Shown here piece after piece: positions 9,396 through 18,730 of a stretch of 64,000 bases of DNA. Below the pieces are notes generated by a model. It had not been told where the DNA came from. It saw only the letters and a list, made by a program, of their open reading frames with translations, and made no database searches. Source of the DNA: Abditibacterium sp. (GTDB taxonomy: Bacteria > Armatimonadota > Abditibacteriia > Abditibacteriales > Abditibacteriaceae); contig CBDASK010000003.1 in the NCBI GenBank assembly GCA_965199495.1, positions 1,216,001 to 1,280,000 on the forward strand. Direction: 5' to 3'. The translations under genes and the position numbers were made by a program. Numbering within the stretch: position 1 is the stretch's first letter; the number at the start of each line of letters is the position of its first letter.

Positions 9396-12300
9396 TTAAG
9401 CGGTTCGTATTTCTTTTCTCTCCCTTCGTCCAGCGCGCGGGTTTTCGCCCGGCAATCCCGCCGCGCCGTGAACGCTCCCGTGAACGCTCAATGCTGCTTC
9501 CCGCCGCTCGTGCAAAAGCGCGTCGAGCGACCACAATCGCTCTATCAGAATCGAGCGGTAAACCCCGATTTTGCCGCCGCGCTTCGCGTCCCGCGTCTCT
9601 TCAGGCGGCGCTTCCAATGTGCCCTCGACCACAAGCGATGGCGCGCGCAATTCGCGCTCGAAACGCTCGAACAATCCCGGCGGTAGGGCGGTCGGCAAAC
9701 GCCCACTTTCGTCTTCGAGAATCAGAAAGCAAAACCCTTTCGCTGTCGGCGGGCGCTGGCGGGATATGACCGCGCCCGCCACCAGAACGCGCGCCCCGGT
9801 CGGCAACTTGAATACATCAGCGATGGGCCGCACCGTGAGCCTGGTCAGAAACGCGCGCTGCAACGCGAGCGGGTGCGGCCCGGTCGTTAGATGACAGGTC
9901 GCAAAATCCCACGCGATGGATTGCTCCACTGAGGGCACTTCCAGCAAAACGCGGTCGCGCGGTAACACCAGATCATCGAAAGCGAGTTGGTCAGTCGGTT
10001 GCTTCGGTGAGAGTTTGCTCAAGCGCCCCAGATGCCACAGCACTTCGCGCCGCGAACCGAACGCCGAAAGTGCGCTCGACCGCGCCAGATTGTCCCACGC
10101 CGGGGGCGGCAGATGCACGCGGCGAAACAGGTCGTCAAGCGAATCGAACGGTTTCAAAGCGCGTTCGAGCACGAGGGGCGCGGCGCGTTCAAGCGACATT
10201 TGCTCGATCTGGGTGAGCGGAACACGAATCGCCAAATCGTCGCTTCCATCGCCGACGCGCTCCAGCGAATACGACACGCTCGATTTCAAGACGCAGGGCG
10301 GCAGCATTTGGACGCCCGATGCGCGCGCTTCTTCGAGAATGGTGTGGAGCGGATAGAAGCCCGGCTTGTGTTCCAGAACTGCCGCCATATAGGCGGCGGG
10401 ATGGTGCGCCTTGAGAAAGCTCGACTGGTAAACCGTGCGCGCGAACGCCGCCGCGTGGCTGCGGCAAAAGCCGTAACCGACGAACTTGGAAACCAGATCG
10501 AAAACGCGATTGGCCAGCAGGGGCGCGACGGGCGACGGGGTCTCGCGGTGGGTTTCGATGGCCGCTTCGACGAAGCGCGCGCGCATCGCTTCCATTTCAC
10601 CGGCGTCGCGGAACTTGCTCATCAGGCGCCGAAACTCGTCGGCTTCCTGCAACTGCATTCCAGCGAATTGGTGCGCGACTTCTAAAACTTGTTCCTGAAA
10701 CAGGATAATGCCATAGGTGTCGCGCAGCACGATCTCCAGACTCGGATGCGGATAGCGCACCTTTTCCCAGCCACGTCGCCGCGCGACGTAGGGATGCACC
10801 ATGCCGCCCTGCAAAGGGCCGGGGCGAAACAGCGCCACTTGCGCGACCAGATCATCGAAGCACTCCGGCTGCGCGCGCGCCAGCAAGTTCCACTGGCCGG
10901 GCGATTCGATCTGGAACACGCCCAACGTTTGGCCGCGCTGAATCAGGTCGTAGGTCTGCGGATCGTCGTCGGGCAAATCGTCCACGTCGGGCGCCGCTTC
11001 GCCCACGCTGTGGAGCAAATTGACGGCTTCGGTGACGACTGAGAGCATCCGCAATCCCAACACGTCGAATTTGATGAGACCGAGCTTTTCCACGTCGTCT
11101 TTGTTGAATTGCAGTTGGCGCACGCCGTTGGCCGAGGTTTGAATCGGCGACAGATGGCGCAACGGTTGGCGCGACAAGACCATGCCGCCCGAATGCAGAC
11201 TCAAGTGGCGCGGGCACGCTTCCTCGCCATCATGCAGCGCGGCGCACAGTCCGAGCAGCACGTCTAAAGCCACCCCATCGCCCAGATGTTCGCTCAATTC
11301 GGTGCGAAACTCTAAAGCGTGGTGCGCGCCGACGTGGGGCAAATGTTTGGTCGCGCCGTCCAGAAGCGGCAGCGGATAGCCCAAGACTTTACCCATATCG
11401 CGAACCGCCGAGCGCAGCCGGAAAGTGTTGACGTTGGCCGTCATCGCGGTGTGGGCTTCGCCCCAGCGCGCCCCCATCCACTCGATGACTTCGGCGCGCC
11501 GGTGCGCCTCGAAGTCCACGTCGATGTCTGGCATTCCGCGCCGCCCTTCGTGCAGGAACCGCTCGAACAAAAGATGATGGCGCAACGGATCCACTTCGGT
11601 AATTCCGAGCAGATAGGCGATCAGCGAGTTGGCCGCGCTGCCGCGCCCACAGCAGCGGATGCCGCGCGAGCGCGACCAGGCCACGACTTCGCGCACCGTC
11701 AGAAAGAACTCTTCCAATTCGAGTTTGCCCACGACTTCGACTTCGCGCCGCAGTTGCGCTTTGGCGCGGCGCGAGCGATGCAGACCGCGCGCGGCCAAAC
11801 CATCAACGCACAATTGGCGTAGGAAATCGCCCGCGCCCAGACCAGCGGGCAAAAGCGCGGCGGGCGGCGTGACCTCACCCGGCACAATCGAAGCGCAGCA
11901 CTCGCGCGCGATGGCATCGGCGTTGGCGAGGGACGAGGGCGGCAAACCCAATTTGAGCAAGCGTGATTCACCGCACAAAAAGGCGCGCGCGTTGCGCGGG
12001 CGCAGGGCGTGGCTGGTGCCAACGCTCAGGCCCAATCTCATGCAGGTCAACGCATCGAAAACCGCGTATTCGGCGGCAGTCGCGTGGCGAACCGCGTTAG
12101 TCGCCACGAGGGGCAAATCGAGCGTTTGAGCCAGCTCGACCAACGAACGCAAGCGCGCGTTATCGTCGGGTCGCTCGTGATGGGTCAGCTCCACAAAGAA
12201 CCGATTTGGAAAAAGCGTCGCCAAGTCGCACGCCCATTTGCGCGCCCGCCCGCATTGTCCCGCTTCTACCAGACGCGACAACGTGCCGTCGTGCGCGCCG

Positions 12301-12668
12301 CTCAAACAGAACAAACCGGCAGTGCGGTCGCGCAAATCGGCGAGCGAAATTTGCGGTGATTTGCGGTCGCCATTGTGCGCGGCGTTGAGATGGGCGAGCG
12401 TGAGCAGATCGCACAGATTGGCATAGCCTTCATCGTCGGCGCACAGCAGAACGAGGGGCGCACCCTCGGCGATGATCGTCGCGCCGAAAACCGCGTGCAG
12501 TCCGTATTTGGCGCAGGCTGTGGCATGACGCACCGCCCCGGCGAGCGTGTGGCAATCAGTCAGGGCCAGCGCGCTTTGCTCGCATTTGATGGCCTGGCGC
12601 GCGAGGGCATCGGGCGAGGAAGCCCCGGCGCCAAACGAAAACCAGGAGCGGACGTGTAAGTGAGTCAT
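9396..12668 (-). CDS. dnaE2: Error-prone DNA polymerase III alpha subunit DnaE2 (ImuC)
   Basis: PHP HLHVRSWFSF/ALTD; GRGSAANS; PDIDVD; KFDVLG; YGFCRSHA; RQRPPTAKGF OB fold; no C-terminal tau-binding region. Confidence 0.95.
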   Translation of the reverse strand: MTHLHVRSWFSFGAGASSPDALARQAIKCEQSALALTDCHTLAGAVRHATACAKYGLHAVFGATIIAEGAPLVLLCADDEGYANLCDLLTLAHLNAAHNGDRKSPQISLADLRDRTAGLFCLSGAHDGTLSRLVEAGQCGRARKWACDLATLFPNRFFVELTHHERPDDNARLRSLVELAQTLDLPLVATNAVRHATAAEYAVFDALTCMRLGLSVGTSHALRPRNARAFLCGESRLLKLGLPPSSLANADAIARECCASIVPGEVTPPAALLPAGLGAGDFLRQLCVDGLAARGLHRSRRAKAQLRREVEVVGKLELEEFFLTVREVVAWSRSRGIRCCGRGSAANSLIAYLLGITEVDPLRHHLLFERFLHEGRRGMPDIDVDFEAHRRAEVIEWMGARWGEAHTAMTANVNTFRLRSAVRDMGKVLGYPLPLLDGATKHLPHVGAHHALEFRTELSEHLGDGVALDVLLGLCAALHDGEEACPRHLSLHSGGMVLSRQPLRHLSPIQTSANGVRQLQFNKDDVEKLGLIKFDVLGLRMLSVVTEAVNLLHSVGEAAPDVDDLPDDDPQTYDLIQRGQTLGVFQIESPGQWNLLARAQPECFDDLVAQVALFRPGPLQGGMVHPYVARRRGWEKVRYPHPSLEIVLRDTYGIILFQEQVLEVAHQFAGMQLQEADEFRRLMSKFRDAGEMEAMRARFVEAAIETHRETPSPVAPLLANRVFDLVSKFVGYGFCRSHAAAFARTVYQSSFLKAHHPAAYMAAVLEHKPGFYPLHTILEEARASGVQMLPPCVLKSSVSYSLERVGDGSDDLAIRVPLTQIEQMSLERAAPLVLERALKPFDSLDDLFRRVHLPPPAWDNLARSSALSAFGSRREVLWHLGRLSKLSPKQPTDQLAFDDLVLPRDRVLLEVPSVEQSIAWDFATCHLTTGPHPLALQRAFLTRLTVRPIADVFKLPTGARVLVAGAVISRQRPPTAKGFCFLILEDESGRLPTALPPGLFERFERELRAPSLVVEGTLEAPPEETRDAKRGGKIGVYRSILIERLWSLDALLHERREAALSVHGSVHGAAGLPGENPRAGRRERKEIRTA

Positions 12669-12674
12669 GGCGCC

Positions 12675-12980
12675 CTAATCGGCGATGCTCCGTATTTTCC
12701 AATGCTCACCTTGACGCAGAATATCCACGCATAAGGGCGTGCCATTTTTGTTGCGCAGCATCACGCGAAAGCAGCGTCTCCGCGCGCCCTGACGTTGCGC
12801 ATCCAACCACCACCGACCCTCAATGCACCAGATCGCCTCGACGCTCTCGATGGAAAAAACGCGTCCATGCCACTCGACGCGCGCGGGCAATCCGCCGCGC
12901 GTTTGCACGCGGATAGATTGGCCGGGCGTTTCAGCCAAACGACGTGGCTGCTGTTGGGTGCGGGCTTCCAGCAATCTCAT
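12675..12980 (-). CDS. DUF6504-like small protein
   Basis: PARVEWHGR...VEAIWCIEGRWW...R.CFRV motif; stop/start overlap with imuB. Confidence 0.7.
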   Translation of the reverse strand: MRLLEARTQQQPRRLAETPGQSIRVQTRGGLPARVEWHGRVFSIESVEAIWCIEGRWWLDAQRQGARRRCFRVMLRNKNGTPLCVDILRQGEHWKIRSIAD

Positions 12981-14218
12981 CAGCGCACCGCCTTTTTGTT
13001 GATTTTTGTTTTAATCGTGGCTTTGTCGCGCGCGATCGCTTCGAGCGCGGGCAACCAGGCGAACTGTTCTTCGGGAAAGGGTGATGCGCTCTGAGCGGGC
13101 GCAAAGCGCCCCATCGTTCCGGCGAAACGCGCCTCCAACCCTTCGAGCGCGCGCGTCAGTTGTGTTGAATCGCCCGACTTGGCATCGTTGAACAAAATCG
13201 CCTGAGAAGGCGGAGAAACCAGCGCGCCCAGACGCACTTCCAGCGCCGACACGACCGGCGGCAGCGGCGCCAGAACTTCGAGAGCTTCGGCGAGGGCGCT
13301 GTCGAGCGGGCGGCGCAGTTTGTCAGGCGCGGCCAACGGCTCTTTCAAAACCCGGCGCGCGCTGACAGGCGAAACCGCCGTTTGCGCGATGACTTCGAGG
13401 GTTTGGGCCGAGTGTCCATTGAGTTCGGCGCATAGTTGGTGTAGTAACGCATCGAGCGCACCATCCCAATGCGCCGGTTCACGCGCGGGCAAATCGAAAC
13501 TCAAAGCCGCCATGATTTCGGCGGGCAGCTTCCACGTCGCCACGGGCCGCAAGTTGGCGCGCTCGCGTTCGCCCTGCGCGAAGCGATGCAGTAGCGCCCC
13601 AGCCGGGCCGACCTGTTCTTCCAGTTGCCGACGCGAAAGCGGACGCAACTGCCCGACGGTGTGCCAGCCAAACCAGCTCAAACGTCGCAGAGTTTTCGCA
13701 TCGATGCCCGCCGCGCCCAACTCTTCCAGTTCGACACCATCGGCAAACGCGCGTTCGTCGCCTACCGAGACCAGTCTCACGCGGCCTGTGGGCGCGCCCA
13801 GCGCCGCCATGTGCGCGGTCGCGCGGTTAGCAGCCACGCCGCCGCGCATCTTCCAACTTTCGAGGAGTGGAACCACTTTAGCGGGTGCAACATCGGCGAA
13901 CAAAAGTCCCGGTTGCATCGGCTCGACGCACGGCGTCAAACCGTAGAACGCGCGCTGCACTTCGGCCCACGCCAACTCCTCACGGTTGCGTTCGCGCGCG
14001 ACCAACAAAAGTGAGGGCAATCGGTTCTGCGCGCGCCCACTTGTCATGCCGACTTTTACTCCTGCGGCCAGAGCATCGTCCGAGGCCGCGACCACGGTTC
14101 CACGCTCGCAGACCGCGAACGCGCGCCCGCGTAGTGCCGCTTCGCTCTGCTCTAATGTCCAGGCCGCGAACTGCGGCCACCACGCACAAAAATAGGTTGC
14201 TCTTAACTGTGTTTTCAA
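12980..14218 (-). CDS. imuB: ImuB-like inactive Y-family polymerase
   Basis: VVAASDDALAAGVKVGMT...YGLTPCVEP..PGLLFAD; no catalytic carboxylate motif. Start is uncertain (TTG 14218 after GGAG; ORF open to 14302). Confidence 0.8.
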   Translation of the reverse strand: MKTQLRATYFCAWWPQFAAWTLEQSEAALRGRAFAVCERGTVVAASDDALAAGVKVGMTSGRAQNRLPSLLLVARERNREELAWAEVQRAFYGLTPCVEPMQPGLLFADVAPAKVVPLLESWKMRGGVAANRATAHMAALGAPTGRVRLVSVGDERAFADGVELEELGAAGIDAKTLRRLSWFGWHTVGQLRPLSRRQLEEQVGPAGALLHRFAQGERERANLRPVATWKLPAEIMAALSFDLPAREPAHWDGALDALLHQLCAELNGHSAQTLEVIAQTAVSPVSARRVLKEPLAAPDKLRRPLDSALAEALEVLAPLPPVVSALEVRLGALVSPPSQAILFNDAKSGDSTQLTRALEGLEARFAGTMGRFAPAQSASPFPEEQFAWLPALEAIARDKATIKTKINKKAVR

Positions 14219-14470
14219 GGCCACTCCTTCTCTCTGATTTGAGTGAAGTCGCGTAACCCGTTGCCGCCACCAACTAAAGTACTTGCCTCCAAATATCTTC
14301 ACCTTCAGGCAGTTTCATTTACCAATGTGAAATCAGAAGCGGTATACTTAAGCTGTGCCAATCCAACGGAGCTTCGCGCTTCGTTACGGTGCTTTAGGAG
14401 GAGTCGTTCGCTGCGCTGCCAGGCTAACTGCGAACGGCTCCTTTTCGTTTGTCTGTATCTAATTTCCCGG

Positions 14471-15112
14471 CTAATCGGAAGTTCTCACCAGTCCTCGGTA
14501 AACACCAGCCACGCTGACGCACGATGAATCGAACTCGCGCGTCGGGTAATCGGGATTGGCCGCGCGCAGTTTTACTGTCGGTGCACCGCGCACGAAGTCC
14601 AGGTATTTGAGCGTGGCTTCGACATCGCCGCTGCCAGCGTCGCAGATTTGGGCCGCCACGATCTCGCCCGAAGTGGGCTGGATACCGGGCCGCAGTTGCA
14701 CATAATCGCCGGGCAGGATGCCCGCGCCGATCATCGAGTCACCGCGCACCCGCAAGAGGAAATCATCGGCGCGCAGCTTGAGCAGCGAGCCGACATCTTC
14801 CAGCCACTCGTCGGTCTGCTGAATCGCTTCGGCGAGCGAACCGGCGGGAATCTCGCCCAGAACTGGAATACCCAAACCGGTCTGCGCGCGCCCCGGTGCC
14901 GTTAGCTCAATCAGACGCTGCCGACCGCGCACGCCACCCGCGACGGTGATGAAGCCCTTATCGCGCAGGGGCCGCAGTAAGTCAGAGAGACCACTTTCGG
15001 TTTTGAGATGCAAGCGTTCGCGTAGCTCGCCGGTCGTGGGCGGACGACCCAGGCGCCAGAAGTGGGCGATGGCCTGCAAGGCTTCTAATTGTCGCTGCGT
15101 CAAGGGTTTCAT
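14471..15112 (-). CDS. lexA: LexA repressor (cassette-associated copy)
   Basis: LTQRQ..L...PPTTGEL wHTH; IPVLGEIPAG cleavage site; GDSM Ser and ATLK Lys of the S24 dyad; ATG at 15112. Confidence 0.92.
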   Translation of the reverse strand: MKPLTQRQLEALQAIAHFWRLGRPPTTGELRERLHLKTESGLSDLLRPLRDKGFITVAGGVRGRQRLIELTAPGRAQTGLGIPVLGEIPAGSLAEAIQQTDEWLEDVGSLLKLRADDFLLRVRGDSMIGAGILPGDYVQLRPGIQPTSGEIVAAQICDAGSGDVEATLKYLDFVRGAPTVKLRAANPDYPTREFDSSCVSVAGVYRGLVRTSD

Positions 15113-15130
15113 CAGATTTTCTCCCGCATA

Positions 15131-15146
15131 CCGTAATATATCACGG
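15131..15146. promoter_or_regulatory. Candidate LexA operator
   Basis: CCGTAATATATCACGG, a 16-bp palindrome with 1 mismatch, 19 bp upstream of the lexA ATG in the lexA/dpdE divergent spacer. Confidence 0.45.
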
Positions 15147-15262
15147 AAAGGCCCGCGCAACCATGTTTTCAGTGAAATTAAGTAGAGAATCTTCGGCAAT
15201 GACAGCTTCATCGAGGTTTACTAAAGAGCGTAGAAATTACTTATCCGACTCAGATTTTTATC

Positions 15263-18200
15263 ATGTCACTTCAACTGGGTGCGTTCGTGACCGTCGAAGG
15301 AATTAACAAGGGATTGGCGAAAGTTACCGCGCTTCAAAACGATGACGCGGGCGCGCCCACAGCGGAAGTCGAGTGGTTTACCTCGGTCGCCCAGCATACT
15401 TCCAAACCTTTGCGCAAACAGGTGCCTCTTGCCGATTTAGAGGGCGTTTCGCCGCCGCCGCAGACGCGCTGTTACCTCGAGATGCCTGATGGCACATGGG
15501 ACGTTGGGCGCGTTACGGGCGAAATTATGTTTGGTGGCGAGTTCGGCAAAGCTGAGCCGCAGGTGCCCGTCAAAGTCGCGGGGCAGCCCGAACAGTGGTT
15601 CGATCAAAGCCAAGTCTGGGTGCGCTGCCTGTTGCCAGGCGCTTCGCCGCTGCAAACGCTGGCGGCGGGCGCGCAGGACACGCCCTTTTTTCATCCGCGC
15701 CGTCACGCTTTTTTGAGCGCCTATCTCAGACAGCGCGGTGCGGCGGGAGGGTTGACCGGTCTGCTTTCGGCGCGAGTCAAACTGCTGCGGCACCAAGTCC
15801 ACGTCGTGCGCCGCGTGCTGAAAGACCCAATTTGTCGTTATCTACTGGCCGACGAAGTCGGACTGGGCAAAACCATCGAAGCGGGCGTTATCGCGCGCCA
15901 GCTTCGGATCGATTTCCCCAACTTGCGGATTTTGATCGCCGTGCCATCCGCGTTGGTGACGCAGTGGAAACGCGAACTCGAAGACAAGTTCGCGCTCGCT
16001 GTAGATGGCGACACGCTGACCCTGATTTCTCACGATGAGTTGGCTTTATCCTCATGGGAGCAAGAGAAATTCGGCCTGGTCATTTTCGATGAGGCGCATC
16101 ATATCGGCGCTGCTCATCGCGATCCTGACCGCGCGGATTTATGGGAAAAATGCCGCGATCTGGCCCATACCACGCCGCGTTTGCTGCTGCTGTCAGCGAC
16201 TCCGGCGTTGGGTCACGAAGCCGATTTCGCGGCGATGCTGCATCTGTTGGAGCCGCAGCTTTATCGCCTGGATGATCTCGACGCTTTCAAGCGCCGCGTC
16301 CAAGACCGTCAGGAGATCGGACGTTTTCTCAACGGTTTCAGTGTGCCGCTTCCGCGCGTAGCGGCGCGTTATGCCCTGCCAGAATTGCGCGCGCTTTTCT
16401 CTGACGATGACACCATTATGGAAGGTGCGCGGGCGCTCGAAGAATTAATCGAGCAGTCGAAGGAGGTTTCCTCGCCATGGAAACAGGCGCAGGCCGACGA
16501 GATCGCGCGCCGTTTGCGGGTTCAAATTAGCGAGAGTTATCGTTTGCACCGACGTTTGGTGCGGACGTCGCGCGCGACGTTGGAGCGCGATGGAATGCTC
16601 GCTCACATCGAAGTCGGCAAGCGCCTGGGCGCGACGGCGGAGTGGGACTTCGATTCGCGCTTGGAGCCTTTGCACGACGCGCTCGAAAGCTGGCGCGAAG
16701 CGGCCTATCGCAGCTTTTGCCAAAGAGAACCGAGCGACAACGAATCAGAAACGGCTTCGTCGGTTTCGCCTCTGGTCGAGGTTTACGCGGTGTTATGGAC
16801 GATGGCGGCGACTTGGTCTCATCTGCTGCGCCTGGCCATCGAGTGCCGTTTGGCCGAGGGGGCGAATGAAGCGAACTCTTACGCCGATGCCCTGGGCGAG
16901 GCAGAGCGCGCGATTTTGCGCACGCCGCGATTTGAGGGCGAAGAGGAGGCGCTACAAGCCTTATTGGAAGCGTTGGAACATTCGCCTACAACGGAAAATG
17001 GAACGGCTGCTCACGAGAGCGATGCGCTCGAAGTCGCCGTGGCTGCTATTGCTCAGGAGTGGGAAAAGGCGCGTGACAGAAAGGTGGTGGTCTTCGCCTC
17101 CAGTCCTCTGGCGGCTTCGACGCTGGCGCGCCGTCTGCGAACTTTGGGTTACGGTGGCGCGCTTGTCGGGGCACACTTGCAGGAGAGTTCGGGCGCGGAG
17201 CGCGCGAGCGCCTTGCGAGCGTTCGAGGCGCACGACGGCCCCGCCGCTTTAGTCTGTGATCGTTCGGGCGAAGAGGGGCTAAACCTTCAGTTCGCTCATG
17301 CGCTTTTGATGTTGGATGTTCCCGTCGATCCCAATCGCCTGGAGCAGCGATTGGGGCGCCTCGACCGCATCGGCAGCGCGCGCGATTTGCGACCGCGCGT
17401 TTTGGCCGGTTGGAGCGGGGAACGCGCCAGCGGCTCGCTTGATCACTCGATTCATGACGCCTGGTTCAAAGTTCTCGATGAAGGTTTGCGAGTATTCGAC
17501 GGCTCCATCGCCGACCTGGGCTACGCCGTTGAAGCGATTTTGCCGCGACTGAAAAGCATCGCTTTTGAATTGGGGCCGCAGGGATTACTCGAGCAGATCG
17601 AGACGGTCAAAGCCTCCGTCAAAGCCGAGCGCGTCAAAATCCGCGAACAGGCCGAACTCGACGAGACCGAATCATTCGGGCGCGATGACGACGCTTTTTT
17701 CGAGGCGCTAGTCGCGGGCGACCGCGATGGATTGGCGCTACGCGCAGGCGTTGATGCCTGGCTTTATGAGGCCTGGAGCTTTCGCCCCGACTTGAACTTC
17801 GAGCGCCCTTTGTGGCGCGCGGTGACGACCGAAAAAACGCTGGCGCCGCGCGACTGGCGCGCGCGATTGCTCGCCGCACAAAACGCCGCGCCCGCTTCCT
17901 GGCCGCGCCCGTTTGGCGGCTGTTACGAGCGCGCCGTGGCTTGCGAACGGCCTCACGTCCAACTGCTGCGCCCAGGCCATGCGCTTTTGGACGAACTCTA
18001 TGCGCTCTCTTTGTGGGATGATCGCGGCCAAGCCTTCGCGTTCTGGCGTTCGACTGCGCAGTGGTCGCGCGAAGCGCCGGAACTGTTTTTCCGTTTCGAC
18101 CTGCTCATCGAAGCCGACATGGAACCGCTCCAGCAAACGCTCAAATTTCTCAAGGCGAGCGGCTGGAAAAGCAGCGCTTTGGCCGCGTTCAAGCGCCAGG

Positions 18201-18730
18201 CCGAGTCGTGGCTACCGCCGCAATGGAAGAGTTATCTGCTCGACCGCACGGGGCGACAAGTCCGCGACCCGCAGACGCTCGAATGTCTGGCGCCAGAATA
18301 CGAAAAGACGGGCGCGGGGCGCGATTACAACTTGGATGCCCAGCGGCTGTGGGCGTTGGATGCCATTCTCTCGACCGAACAGCGCAAAACTCTCTGCCGC
18401 GATCTCGGCGCTCATGTGCTCAAAGTGATGCGCAATAATCCCACTTTGCAAGCGACGTGGAACGCCAAGGCCGAGATCGCTCGGCACGAAGGAGAACGGC
18501 GCCTCGAACTGGTGCGCCGAGGTCTGCTGCGCGGCGCCGACTTCAATGCTAAAAGCGCCGCGCAGACCGCCCAAACCATCGAAGAGCAGTTGGCGCAGGA
18601 GCTTCTGTTGAGCGAGTCGCTATGCGCGGGCCTGGCGCAACCGAGTATCCGCATTGATGCGGCGGGACTCATCGTTTTAAGCCGCAATAATCCTTTTGCA
18701 AACGAGGCGCAAGGAGATCGCTATGATTGA
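15263..18730 (+). CDS. dpdE: DpdE, SNF2/RapA-like helicase
   Basis: YLLADEVGLGKT, DEAHH, LLLSATP, EEGLNLQF, EQRLGRLDR; first gene of the canonical dpdE-K,D order. Confidence 0.85.
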   Translation: MSLQLGAFVTVEGINKGLAKVTALQNDDAGAPTAEVEWFTSVAQHTSKPLRKQVPLADLEGVSPPPQTRCYLEMPDGTWDVGRVTGEIMFGGEFGKAEPQVPVKVAGQPEQWFDQSQVWVRCLLPGASPLQTLAAGAQDTPFFHPRRHAFLSAYLRQRGAAGGLTGLLSARVKLLRHQVHVVRRVLKDPICRYLLADEVGLGKTIEAGVIARQLRIDFPNLRILIAVPSALVTQWKRELEDKFALAVDGDTLTLISHDELALSSWEQEKFGLVIFDEAHHIGAAHRDPDRADLWEKCRDLAHTTPRLLLLSATPALGHEADFAAMLHLLEPQLYRLDDLDAFKRRVQDRQEIGRFLNGFSVPLPRVAARYALPELRALFSDDDTIMEGARALEELIEQSKEVSSPWKQAQADEIARRLRVQISESYRLHRRLVRTSRATLERDGMLAHIEVGKRLGATAEWDFDSRLEPLHDALESWREAAYRSFCQREPSDNESETASSVSPLVEVYAVLWTMAATWSHLLRLAIECRLAEGANEANSYADALGEAERAILRTPRFEGEEEALQALLEALEHSPTTENGTAAHESDALEVAVAAIAQEWEKARDRKVVVFASSPLAASTLARRLRTLGYGGALVGAHLQESSGAERASALRAFEAHDGPAALVCDRSGEEGLNLQFAHALLMLDVPVDPNRLEQRLGRLDRIGSARDLRPRVLAGWSGERASGSLDHSIHDAWFKVLDEGLRVFDGSIADLGYAVEAILPRLKSIAFELGPQGLLEQIETVKASVKAERVKIREQAELDETESFGRDDDAFFEALVAGDRDGLALRAGVDAWLYEAWSFRPDLNFERPLWRAVTTEKTLAPRDWRARLLAAQNAAPASWPRPFGGCYERAVACERPHVQLLRPGHALLDELYALSLWDDRGQAFAFWRSTAQWSREAPELFFRFDLLIEADMEPLQQTLKFLKASGWKSSALAAFKRQAESWLPPQWKSYLLDRTGRQVRDPQTLECLAPEYEKTGAGRDYNLDAQRLWALDAILSTEQRKTLCRDLGAHVLKVMRNNPTLQATWNAKAEIARHEGERRLELVRRGLLRGADFNAKSAAQTAQTIEEQLAQELLLSESLCAGLAQPSIRIDAAGLIVLSRNNPFANEAQGDRYD

